A DNA stretch of 64,000 bases, from positions 19,464 through 83,463 of the forward strand of contig JADHUR010000001.1 of NCBI GenBank assembly GCA_016784445.1, given 5' to 3'. Position 1 is the stretch's first letter, and each line of letters starts with the position of its first letter. A model generated the notes under the pieces. The model did no database searches. It saw only the letters and a program-made list of their open reading frames with translations, and was not told the DNA's origin. This document shows, one piece after another, positions 39,801 through 48,929 of this stretch. Source of the DNA: Patescibacteria group bacterium. Its GTDB lineage: Bacteria; Patescibacteriota; Patescibacteriia; UBA1558. The position numbers were made by a program, and so were the translations under genes.

Positions 39801-42800
39801 TCTACTTTCTTTGGTCTTAATATTACTTCATGCATTGTATCACCGCCCTGAGAATAACTACCTTTCTCTTCCATGATAAACTCTACGCCAATATCTTTAC
39901 CTAACTTATCCAATTGTTTGTTTATTATCTTATATGACGTCTTGTCTCTCAACTGAGCATATATCGGCAGCATATTATCTTTTTCAGCATAATGCTTTTT
40001 ATACAGCTCTGTAAATGCTAGAATCAATGAACCACCTGCCTTAACACTACCATCTGAAGCCATATCTGACACATAGATAACGGATTCTCCATTTTTATCT
40101 ATTTTACCCTCATAAGATAATAGATAGCCATGCATTTTTCCTTTTGTATCCTCATATTTTATACTCATATTTGGCCTATCTTTAGCTGCATTATTAACGT
40201 CCTTTGCTATAAGAGCATTCTCCATGTTATGTAAATACTCTATTAAACTTTCATTGTCTTTATATGCTTTACCCTCGATATAAGAAACTCGCAAACTATC
40301 ATGGAAATCTAAAGGTTTAACTCCTTTAGGTAATTTAATACCCTCACTAACATCAGATTCAACAGCCCTTCTAACTTTCTTTTTAAATCCTTTTGCACCC
40401 TTCTCTTCCTCTAATCCCAACCTATAAGCTTGACGTCCCAAATTATCACTGTAAGCAACTGGTGCTTCTGGGGTAAAAGTATTGGCAACGGTCGGTAAAT
40501 CGGTCAAAGCATCTGTATATCCCATACCAACAATTACTTGGCCCATATCTAGTTCATCTTGCTCTCCATACAAAGATAAGTATTCTCTAAAATAATCCTC
40601 ATATATATCTTTAATAACCGCTTTATCTCCAGAAAAGTTTTGAGCAACCTCAATATTGTCACATGTTATGATTCCCGGCTTATCAATCAATAAATCTTCC
40701 TCTACCAATTCATTTAATTTAACTTTGGACGATGTCATTTGCTTAACTACATCAGCTATATTTTTGTTAATATCTATATTTCTAGTTAAAACACTTTGTG
40801 CAACTGTACGCCACGTGCCATCAGCAGTTTTCCTTTGAATAGTAAATAAAGAACAGATTGGGTTAAAAGTATATACATTGTTCTTACCAGATCCAAAAGG
40901 CATACAACAAGCTGTATCATTGCCAGCCACTACTCCATCAGGATCAGATTTTTTGTTAATTTTAGCTCTATACTCAATCCTAGGTGACTTACTCGATAAA
41001 CCAATCTCACTATCTAACAACAATTCTCTAGCCTGATCTATTACAAGTTCCGCTTCCGGAAAATCCTCAGCTACATTTGCTGATTGCAAATAATCAATTA
41101 ATTTAATATTAGATTGTTTAAATAATTTAGTAAGTTCACTAAAAAGCTTGTTTGGATTTTTAGCTTTACCTTTTATCCCTTCACTCCGCTTACCAACCGC
41201 CTGCCAAATCACATCAGGTAAAGGCTTAGCCTCGGCCTCAACTCCACCAAACTTATATTCAATTTCTAAAGATTTAAAGGATTGAATCTTATCATAGTCA
41301 CCCGCAATCAATGCATCACGTAATTCTTCCCCAGTTAAATCCAAATTTGGAATATCAGTATAGTTCGATGGCTTCTTCCTTCTCTGAACATCCTCTGGCG
41401 TATGAGCATCATCAAGCTCTAAAAAACTATCAATATCTTGCCAAAAATCCATTACTTTCTTTAAAGCTATATTAGGATGAAATGCTAAAGTCTCCACATA
41501 TCTATATAAATCTTCTTTACCCTCAACCTTTAAAGACTGTAGCTTATCTAATATTTCCTTTCTCTTTAATAAATCATTAATCTCACTGTATTTTTTCAAT
41601 AATTTCCAGGACCCAAAAATTTGTTCAGGTGATTCAATCTCATCTAAAAGTTCTTGTAATTTTGTAATGTTTGGATATTTTCTAGCATCATTAATAACAG
41701 CCCCAAAATCAGTGTTAACATTCATAGCTAAACTATTTAATGTATGATGAGCAGTGCCCCATTCATACTCCGCATCATCCTGTTGTACTTGTTTTAATAT
41801 ATTATTGAAAAATTGCTCGGGTTTAAGACCGGACTCTTTATATAAAACATAAATCTGATTAAAATTATGCAACCCATCATGACGTGACAACCCATCCCTG
41901 TCTAAATACTCAAATACAGCAGACGCTCCAAACGCTTCTTTGGCAACATCAAATGGATCTATAATATTCTGCTCATCTTCCCAAATATCTGAATTTTCTT
42001 TTAATATTTCATAGAACTTATCTGCCTGTTCATCCCTACTTAAACTTTCATCAACACTATCTTCCACTAAATAATACTCCGATGGCCTTAAATGATACGA
42101 CTTAGCTTTTTCAAACCAATCTCCTTCGAAACTGTTCACATTTTTATCAACAATTTCCGCCTTGCCATCTTCAAGTAGTCTACTAACTACCTCTTTACTG
42201 AGAGAAGAAAAATTACCAAGATTTTCAGAAACTGCTCCACTCATAAATGAATCCAATATTTTAAGAGCTACTTCATTATGATTAATTCCTGAAAAATTAT
42301 TAAGATTTTCTGCAAGAGCATAACATTCTTGGGCATCTATCATTCTATATACTATCTCCTCATGATTAATACCTGAAAACTGATCAAGATTTCTTGCTAC
42401 AGACTTAGCTGCATGATGTTCAACCATCATAAGCGCAACCTGATTATCAAGACCTGAAAATGCCTGAAAATTATCGGCTACACCCTCTGATTGTTCCAAC
42501 TCTATTAACTTCATAGCAATCTCTTTATCGAGCCCACTAAAACTACTAGAATATCCATGAACCATCCACGGCTTCTCAGACTTTATTAGTTCTAGTGCCA
42601 CCTCTTTATCTAGTCCACTAAAATTTCTCAGAGTTTCTCCAAAATCAATGGAAAGATTGCCAGCCTTAATTATTTTTAAAGCTATCTGCTTATGATCAAG
42701 TCCGGAAAACTTATGCAAATGAGTTGCAACTACACTTCCTTGACCCGCGTTAATCATCTTAAGGGCTATCTTCTTGCGATCAAGATCCGAAAAATTGTTT

Positions 42801-44314
42801 AAATTTATAGCTAAAAATTCTGCTTGATCTGTTTCTATCATTTTTAAGGCCACCCATTTATGATCAAGTCCAGAAAAATTATTTAAATTCTCAACTACTA
42901 CTGATGCCTGATCTGTTACCATCATTTTTAAAACAATCTCTTTATGATCAAGTCCTGGAAATTTATTAAGATTCTCAGCCACTACTGATGCCCATCGTGC
43001 TTCTATTATTTTTAAAGCTGACTCTCGATTTAAATTGTCAAAAGAATCAAAATTTAAAAATATGGCCTTCATGCTGTTAACTGATATCAATTGCGATGCT
43101 ACTTCTCCGTCCAAGTTAGAAAATTTATCGAGATTATTTAACACTACACCCAAATCACCTGCATTAATGGCCATTAGAGCTATTTTCTTGTAATTTATTT
43201 TTGTAAAATTATTAATTTTTCTAACCACAGTAGCAGCTGCGCCCAATTCAATCATCTTTAAAGCTATCTCGTTATCAAGTCTAGAAAATAAACTTAAATG
43301 CTCCACTAAAGGCATGACCTGACCCATATCAAGAATTTTAATAGCTAATTCTTTATGATCTAAACCCTTAAAATTATTTAAATATTTTGCTACATATCTA
43401 CCTTTACCTTCCTCAACCATTTTCATAGCTATCTCTTTGTGATTCAAATTTCTAAAATTTGATAAGTACTCAGCTACATATTCACACCCATCCTCTGTAT
43501 CAGCTTCAATTAATTTCATAGCTATCTCCCAATTATCTACCTCTTTAAGTTTATATAAATTACTTGTTACAAACTTTACATCACCGACTTCGATTGACTT
43601 TAAAATTACTTTAGTATCAATATTTTTAAAGAAAACAAAATTTTCAGTGACACTCTTGCCATCACCTGCCTCAATTAGTTTCATAGCAATATCTTTATGA
43701 TATGCCTCGTTAACTTTATCAATGTGTCTAGCTACGTATTTACCAGCACCTGCATCTATTACTCTGATAAGGATTTCCTTTTGATTCTCCTTAGCAAATT
43801 CATTAATAAACTCAGCTGCATATTCACCCGCACCTGCATCTATAGTCTTCATAATGAATTCTTTACGATCTACTCCTGTAAAATGTTTTAAACTCCTCAA
43901 TACGACACTGGGGTAATTAGCATTTATTAAGGCCATTGCAATTTGCTCATGATCTGTTTCTTTAAAATTATCAATATACTTAACCAAAAGAACAATGTCG
44001 TCCCCTAATACTTCTATTATTTTTGAGACCAACTCCTTATGATTTACTCCATTGATAAACTGTAAATTTTTTAAAAGAAAATCTACCCTTCCCGATTTCA
44101 TAAATTTACTTATATCACGCTTCCTATCCCAAGGAGCTTGAAAACCATCATCAGACCGTGTTTCTAAAAAACTACCGTCTAGTAAATCTGAAACTACTCC
44201 ATCCAAGTCTACCTGCTGTTTACTCGTAAGAGTGTCCACGTTACCATTTTCTTCATTTTCAATAGAATTTTTATTTTCAATCGGAATATTCGGTTGTTGT
44301 TCTGGATTAAACAT
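39797..44314 (-). CDS. giant (1505 aa) tandem-repeat protein: about 24 copies of a 28-aa alpha-helical-type repeat, then a roughly 700-aa non-repetitive C-terminal region; no signal peptide or TM
   Basis: An uninterrupted 4.5-kb ORF. The repeat consensus is roughly NLNNFSGLDHKEIALKMIEAGQGSVVAE, with period 28 aa, spanning about aa 90-790. The start is 1 nt after the hypC stop and the stop overlaps the pgk start. Confidence 0.7.
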   Translation of the reverse strand: MFNPEQQPNIPIENKNSIENEENGNVDTLTSKQQVDLDGVVSDLLDGSFLETRSDDGFQAPWDRKRDISKFMKSGRVDFLLKNLQFINGVNHKELVSKIIEVLGDDIVLLVKYIDNFKETDHEQIAMALINANYPSVVLRSLKHFTGVDRKEFIMKTIDAGAGEYAAEFINEFAKENQKEILIRVIDAGAGKYVARHIDKVNEAYHKDIAMKLIEAGDGKSVTENFVFFKNIDTKVILKSIEVGDVKFVTSNLYKLKEVDNWEIAMKLIEADTEDGCEYVAEYLSNFRNLNHKEIAMKMVEEGKGRYVAKYLNNFKGLDHKELAIKILDMGQVMPLVEHLSLFSRLDNEIALKMIELGAAATVVRKINNFTKINYKKIALMAINAGDLGVVLNNLDKFSNLDGEVASQLISVNSMKAIFLNFDSFDNLNRESALKIIEARWASVVAENLNKFPGLDHKEIVLKMMVTDQASVVVENLNNFSGLDHKWVALKMIETDQAEFLAINLNNFSDLDRKKIALKMINAGQGSVVATHLHKFSGLDHKQIALKIIKAGNLSIDFGETLRNFSGLDKEVALELIKSEKPWMVHGYSSSFSGLDKEIAMKLIELEQSEGVADNFQAFSGLDNQVALMMVEHHAAKSVARNLDQFSGINHEEIVYRMIDAQECYALAENLNNFSGINHNEVALKILDSFMSGAVSENLGNFSSLSKEVVSRLLEDGKAEIVDKNVNSFEGDWFEKAKSYHLRPSEYYLVEDSVDESLSRDEQADKFYEILKENSDIWEDEQNIIDPFDVAKEAFGASAVFEYLDRDGLSRHDGLHNFNQIYVLYKESGLKPEQFFNNILKQVQQDDAEYEWGTAHHTLNSLAMNVNTDFGAVINDARKYPNITKLQELLDEIESPEQIFGSWKLLKKYSEINDLLKRKEILDKLQSLKVEGKEDLYRYVETLAFHPNIALKKVMDFWQDIDSFLELDDAHTPEDVQRRKKPSNYTDIPNLDLTGEELRDALIAGDYDKIQSFKSLEIEYKFGGVEAEAKPLPDVIWQAVGKRSEGIKGKAKNPNKLFSELTKLFKQSNIKLIDYLQSANVAEDFPEAELVIDQARELLLDSEIGLSSKSPRIEYRAKINKKSDPDGVVAGNDTACCMPFGSGKNNVYTFNPICSLFTIQRKTADGTWRTVAQSVLTRNIDINKNIADVVKQMTSSKVKLNELVEEDLLIDKPGIITCDNIEVAQNFSGDKAVIKDIYEDYFREYLSLYGEQDELDMGQVIVGMGYTDALTDLPTVANTFTPEAPVAYSDNLGRQAYRLGLEEEKGAKGFKKKVRRAVESDVSEGIKLPKGVKPLDFHDSLRVSYIEGKAYKDNESLIEYLHNMENALIAKDVNNAAKDRPNMSIKYEDTKGKMHGYLLSYEGKIDKNGESVIYVSDMASDGSVKAGGSLILAFTELYKKHYAEKDNMLPIYAQLRDKTSYKIINKQLDKLGKDIGVEFIMEEKGSYSQGGDTMHEVILRPKKVE
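41950..44050. repeat. intragenic tandem repeat array, period about 84 bp, about 24 units (encodes the 28-aa protein repeats)
   Basis: Recurrent nucleotide blocks such as tcaagtcc(a/g)gaaaa...ttaa(a/g)ttctca are visible by eye; the coordinates are approximate and derived from the protein repeat span. Confidence 0.55.
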
Positions 44315-44315
44315 A

Positions 44316-44519
44316 TTAGTTAAATAGTTTCATTAAATTATCTGCATCCTCTGTCGGAATAATTTGTAATACATAACCATTCTGAGCCAAGAAGAAATCT
44401 CCTATCTTAATATCCCCTTCTAAGACATCTGTTTTAAATTCCTTCTCTTCATCACTAATAACGCCAATAACAATATTGTCTTTAATGCTTTTTACTTTGT
44501 ATGGAATAGTCATGCACAT
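44316..44519 (-). CDS. hypC: [NiFe]-hydrogenase maturation chaperone HypC (start at the internal ATG, MCMTIP)
   Basis: The HypC family begins MC(L/I)x(I/V)P; the tracked ORF's 26-aa extension overlaps the upstream gene and is discounted. The 68-aa protein is ...VIGVISDEEKEFKTDVLEGDIKIGDFFLAQNGYVLQ. Confidence 0.7.
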   Translation of the reverse strand: MCMTIPYKVKSIKDNIVIGVISDEEKEFKTDVLEGDIKIGDFFLAQNGYVLQIIPTEDADNLMKLFN

Positions 44520-44520
44520 A

Positions 44521-44775
44521 TTAATTTCCGTCAATTGATACAAGCTCCCAATCATCACCTTCAACAACTGATATATTAACAAGGGCCGTTTCAGCAATAG
44601 TTCCCTTTGCTAAATTCTTTATATTAAATTCTAAATTACTTGGATTTATAATTTCACCATGTTCTTCTATTTGCCCAAGGCGAATATCCATCTCCTTAAC
44701 TATCTTAAGCCTATTCTCTACTGCCTTTTCCAAAACAAGTTTTAAAATTCTATTTGCTTCGTGTAAATCATGCAT
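44521..44775 (-). CDS. HypA-like protein: N-terminal Ni-binding (MHE-motif) domain only, no zinc-finger Cys
   Basis: MHDLHEANRILKLVLEKA...KIVKEMDIRLGQIE...LEFNIKNLAKGTIAE resembles the HypA N-domain (MHE...), but the protein has 85 aa and no cysteine. Its stop is 1 nt before the hypC ATG. Confidence 0.45.
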   Translation of the reverse strand: MHDLHEANRILKLVLEKAVENRLKIVKEMDIRLGQIEEHGEIINPSNLEFNIKNLAKGTIAETALVNISVVEGDDWELVSIDGN

Positions 44776-44780
44776 AAAAT

Positions 44781-46031
44781 TTAATGTGTTGCGCAACTAA
44801 TACAAGGATCGTATGCGCGTATTAATAGTCTAATCTTTTGTCTTCTTTCTTTTGCTGTCATATCTTTAATATTTGGTAAATACATTGCTAAATCATCCTC
44901 AAGATTAAATAAAAATTGAGCTGTTGGAGTAATAATATTACAATCTTGAATAATTCCATCCTTGTCTAATTTATAATAATGGAATAATGTACCACGTGGT
45001 GCCTCCATGGCAGCTACTGCAAAACATTCCTTTACCCTATACTCTACCTGTCCTTCTTCCTTTAATTTTAAATCTTTCAATATCTTTTGTGATTCTTCCA
45101 ACATATGCACCAGCTCGACAGCTTGAGCTAGAATATTATAGAAAGAATTATATGTAGGTAATTTTACCCCAGATTCTTTTAATAGAGCTTTAGCTCTTGG
45201 ATTAAGTTGACTATGATTATTATTTAGCCTGGCAATAGCACCCACCATAAAAGACTTACCGGATAATTTAGCCTTCTTTACAGCTTCATACTGTTTTTTA
45301 ATCTCCGTTATCTTCTTACTAAATTTAGTACTAGATATTGTTTCTTCTTCTGAAGATTTAATATCTCCAGAATATATGCCATATTCCTTATCATTAAATA
45401 AACAAATATATTCTGTCTTTCTATTAAGTTCCGGATAATTTAATTTAATAAATAATTTAACAAGCTTTTCTGCTTTTTTAATTAAAGCTGGTAAACGATC
45501 ATTGATTTCATCTAAATCTTCTTGGGCTGGTAATATTTTAAACCCACCAACTTGTGAAGTAATGGGGTGAACAGTTCTACCACCAATTAAACGAATAAGG
45601 TCTGTTGCCCATCTACGAATATCCATTGCCATGTCCGCTTCCTTTGGATGTTTCTTTATTAATTGAAGGTCATTGAGTATTCCATAGAAATCGGGTAATG
45701 ATAAAAAGAATAAATGTAAACCATGACTATGTATTATTTGAGAATATTGCATTAACTTTCTTAAAGTCCTTGTTTGATCTGTTACTTTTACCTCTAATGC
45801 TTTTTCTAAGGACTCAATAGCTGTTAAATTATGTACAACCGGACAAATACCACAAATACGGGCAGTAATAATTGGAGCATCCATATAGTGACGACCAATG
45901 AGCATACCCTCAATAAGTCTAGCTCCTTCTTGTGTTTCAATTTTAGCTAATGCGACATTACCTTCTAAAATATGACCAACAAAACCAGCATGACCTTCCA
46001 TTTTTGCTAAATGATTTATTTGTATCTTCAT
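44781..46031 (-). CDS. [NiFe]-hydrogenase large (alpha) subunit, cytoplasmic group-3-type; ends exactly at the C-terminal His (no cleavable extension)
   Basis: L1 motif RICGICPVVH near the N-terminus and L2 motif DPCISCATH as the last residues; 416 aa. Confidence 0.9.
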   Translation of the reverse strand: MKIQINHLAKMEGHAGFVGHILEGNVALAKIETQEGARLIEGMLIGRHYMDAPIITARICGICPVVHNLTAIESLEKALEVKVTDQTRTLRKLMQYSQIIHSHGLHLFFLSLPDFYGILNDLQLIKKHPKEADMAMDIRRWATDLIRLIGGRTVHPITSQVGGFKILPAQEDLDEINDRLPALIKKAEKLVKLFIKLNYPELNRKTEYICLFNDKEYGIYSGDIKSSEEETISSTKFSKKITEIKKQYEAVKKAKLSGKSFMVGAIARLNNNHSQLNPRAKALLKESGVKLPTYNSFYNILAQAVELVHMLEESQKILKDLKLKEEGQVEYRVKECFAVAAMEAPRGTLFHYYKLDKDGIIQDCNIITPTAQFLFNLEDDLAMYLPNIKDMTAKERRQKIRLLIRAYDPCISCATH

Positions 46032-46780
46032 AGTTTTTCTTCTATATCATCTCTCAGGCCAAAGATTTCTATTATTCTATTCATTTTCTCTTGGCCGTGC
46101 TCTTTAATTAATTTTTTCATCATTATTTGTACTTGGGCACCATCAAATAGCCCTCTACAACCTTGACATGCCATTTTGCTCTTTAAACAAATTGCTTCAC
46201 AACCACCAAGTATTATTGGTCCAAGACAAGGTTCACCTTTTTGTAATAAACATTCATAACCTCTTGCTTGACATTCAAAACAAACTGGACGCTGTGGAAT
46301 ATTAACTCTCTCATCCCTCATTAATGCATATACCACTTTGTAAAACTCATCAGCATTAATTGGACAACCAGATATCTTAAAGTCTACCTTAACAATATTA
46401 TCTATCTCTTTAATGTCTGGATTCGCTACTGTAGACTTCTGTCCATAAATATATTCTTTAATCTTTTTCTTATCATGATAATTCTTAATCTCATGTACAC
46501 CACCCATAGCAGCACAATTACCAAGTGCAATTAAATACTTAGACTTCTCTCTAGCTTCTTTTAATGTCTTAACATTCTCTTTAGTAATTGGAGAACCCTC
46601 AATAAAACAAATATCATAATATGTATTATGATCAAACTCTTCTTCAAGTAATCTAAACTCTGCAAGATCTATTTGTTTTAAGAAATCTAGAAATTCTCTA
46701 CCGGTATCAAGTAATGCAAACTCACACCCTTCGCAGGATGTTAGACCAATAATTGCAATTTTTAACTTACGTTTCTGCAT
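46028..46780 (-). CDS. [NiFe]-hydrogenase small (delta) subunit with Fe-S clusters
   Basis: Proximal-cluster motif IIGLTSCEGCE; a C-terminal Cys-rich region CPINADEF...CFECQARGYECL...CLGPIILGGCEAICLKSKMACQGCRG. Confidence 0.85.
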   Translation of the reverse strand: MQKRKLKIAIIGLTSCEGCEFALLDTGREFLDFLKQIDLAEFRLLEEEFDHNTYYDICFIEGSPITKENVKTLKEAREKSKYLIALGNCAAMGGVHEIKNYHDKKKIKEYIYGQKSTVANPDIKEIDNIVKVDFKISGCPINADEFYKVVYALMRDERVNIPQRPVCFECQARGYECLLQKGEPCLGPIILGGCEAICLKSKMACQGCRGLFDGAQVQIMMKKLIKEHGQEKMNRIIEIFGLRDDIEEKL

Positions 46781-47254
46781 TTACATTAAGTTCTGCTTAA
46801 TTAAATCTACAATTTGTTCTGGATTATCTGTTGTAAAATAAAATTTCTTATTCTCAAGCTCTAGCAATACTCCCATATCATTTCCTGCAATATATCCCCA
46901 AGATCTATCCAATCTACCATATCTAATTCCATAACCCCAATAATTCTTAAATTCAAATTTCTTTATACTGACATTCTTTATATCCCCCTTATTAACTTTC
47001 TTTTTAAATATACCGAAACCAAATTGAACAAATTCAGTAGTGATTACAACTTTCAAGTTTTTAAAGAATATAAATAATAGAATAAAAATAACAGCCATTA
47101 TTAGAAATGCCATTCCATCTTCTTGCCTGAAAGCTGCAATGCCATATTCATAATAGTTGCTAACAAGTGACACAATCAAGACAAATGCAACAACAAGGAA
47201 TACTATTATTGCCATTATGCTTGAGTTTTGTTTTTCTTCGTAAATATTATTCAT
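46781..47254 (-). CDS. small membrane protein (2 TM plus a soluble C-domain)
   Basis: ORF overlapping its neighbours by 1 nt and embedded between the hydrogenase subunit genes. Confidence 0.35.
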   Translation of the reverse strand: MNNIYEEKQNSSIMAIIVFLVVAFVLIVSLVSNYYEYGIAAFRQEDGMAFLIMAVIFILLFIFFKNLKVVITTEFVQFGFGIFKKKVNKGDIKNVSIKKFEFKNYWGYGIRYGRLDRSWGYIAGNDMGVLLELENKKFYFTTDNPEQIVDLIKQNLM

Positions 47255-48039
47255 TAATTCGTAAATGTTATTTTATTAATCTTAGTATTATTTTCAACAG
47301 CTTGATCTATTTCTCTCTGACCAGCTACTTGTTTGTAATTATCCCCCCGTCTATTTTCTATTTCACTAATAATATTCATATAAACATTCTTTTTAAAAAT
47401 CTTCTCATCTGTATAATCTATTACTCTATCCTTAACTGTTTCTAATATATCTTTCCAATATTTATGATCTGCTTGTTTAAGTAAAATATCATCATCTGTT
47501 TTAGATTTCTTGTCTACTACTACTCCAAAATGTTGCCAAACAATGTTCCCCACAACGACATTCAAATTGTTTGGAATAATTACATTTCTGTACACTATAT
47601 TATCTCCTTCAAGCTCTGCAATAGTCGCTCCTTCACTTTCATATATTTTAATTATATTAGCTATAGACAAGGTATGAGCTAAAGCATAGCTAGCACCCTT
47701 CAACTTAATAATTTCATTATTCTCAATAGTGTTTAAATGATCAAGGGCAAAACATTTTATTACATCATCTCTTGAAAGGTATAGCTTTTTATGTTCCTGA
47801 GCATACTGCGCAAGGGTTGCTGGGGCGGCTGTTAATATATGTTTTGAAATATCTGCAAGTAATACAAATTCTTTATCTATATAATCTTCTAAATTAATAT
47901 CTATTAAACAGTCTGGATTTAGGAATAGATTAGAAATTATCCTTAGTCCATCTCCAGATACCTTAATTTTATCGAAATCTACAAAACTCAACCTCCTGGT
48001 CTTTTCAACAAGCTCTATCTGTTTCTTAGTAAACGCCAT
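47254..48039 (-). CDS. hypothetical soluble protein (261 aa)
   Basis: ORF with coupled starts and stops; no motif recognised. Confidence 0.4.
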   Translation of the reverse strand: MAFTKKQIELVEKTRRLSFVDFDKIKVSGDGLRIISNLFLNPDCLIDINLEDYIDKEFVLLADISKHILTAAPATLAQYAQEHKKLYLSRDDVIKCFALDHLNTIENNEIIKLKGASYALAHTLSIANIIKIYESEGATIAELEGDNIVYRNVIIPNNLNVVVGNIVWQHFGVVVDKKSKTDDDILLKQADHKYWKDILETVKDRVIDYTDEKIFKKNVYMNIISEIENRRGDNYKQVAGQREIDQAVENNTKINKITFTN

Positions 48040-48929
48040 TGTTTTATATTTAATGACTTGAGGCTATACATAATATACAAACCAAAGATAATAAATGCTA
48101 TTCCGATAAAGGCCATGCCTGACATACTCTTATCTAAAAATACCATTGTTAAAATAGCTGTAATTGGAGCGCCAAGTGCTAAGACAGAAGTTGCCTCAAC
48201 AGCACTTACATGTTTAAGTCCTGAATAAAAAGTTGTCACATAAGCAATAAGTAATACTGCGGTAATACCAACCCAACCCCATTGTTCCATGGATAAATTT
48301 GTTACTAAGCTAAACTTACCCGTAATAAGCAAAAATACCCAAATAAAAATACTACCAAAAAACATTCTAGAACCGGCTACAATATTTGCGGGTAAATCAT
48401 TTAATAGTTTTTTAGAAAGTAATATTTCAACAGACCACAATAATACTGAGCCAAAAACAAGAAGGTCTCCAATATTTAATGCCTGAGGTTTAATATTTAA
48501 AAATAGTATATTACCAATAAGTAATGAAATAATTCCCACCCAAACATATTTACTTGGCTTATTCTTTAAAAATACAACTGACATTAATGCTATTACTAAA
48601 AACATGCTCTTGTGAATGAAACCAGCTTTTACAGCTAATGTTAAACTTAAACCTTTAAAAAACATCAAGAACGGAATAGCGCCACCAATAAGTCCAATAA
48701 GTAATAACAATAGCCATTGTTTACCTTTGATCTCTTTTAAGGACTGTTTGTTTATAAGCAATAATGCTCCAACAAGGAATACTGCAACAACTGTATTTTT
48801 TAAACCTGCAAAAACATACGGATCACTCATTGCAATACCAAACTTGTTTACAAATATTGAAATACCTGAAATAAAAGCGGTAGCAAGTACTAATAGAAAA
48901 CCTTTTTTTGTTTTATCTTTCATTATCAT
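48015..48929 (-). CDS. EamA/DMT-superfamily transporter (10 TM)
   Basis: Two repeated five-TM halves, typical of drug/metabolite transporter permeases. Confidence 0.65.
   Translation of the reverse strand: MIMKDKTKKGFLLVLATAFISGISIFVNKFGIAMSDPYVFAGLKNTVVAVFLVGALLLINKQSLKEIKGKQWLLLLLIGLIGGAIPFLMFFKGLSLTLAVKAGFIHKSMFLVIALMSVVFLKNKPSKYVWVGIISLLIGNILFLNIKPQALNIGDLLVFGSVLLWSVEILLSKKLLNDLPANIVAGSRMFFGSIFIWVFLLITGKFSLVTNLSMEQWGWVGITAVLLIAYVTTFYSGLKHVSAVEATSVLALGAPITAILTMVFLDKSMSGMAFIGIAFIIFGLYIMYSLKSLNIKQWRLLRNR

Noticed and set aside
41950-44050. Possible CRISPR array suggested by the strong nucleotide periodicity
   Set aside because: The roughly 84-bp units are in frame and encode the 28-aa protein repeat. 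There are no short invariant repeats separated by unique spacers, and no cas genes in the window.
44316-44796. Apparent 77-nt overlap between the two tracked ORFs
   Set aside because: It is resolved by taking the internal family-typical start codons (HypC MCMTIP, HypA-like MHDLHE). The genes then abut with a 1-nt spacer.
47167-47445. 92-aa plus-strand ORF
   Set aside because: It is antisense to the 46781-47254 and 47254-48039 genes, and its translation is low-complexity Ile/Phe/Leu.
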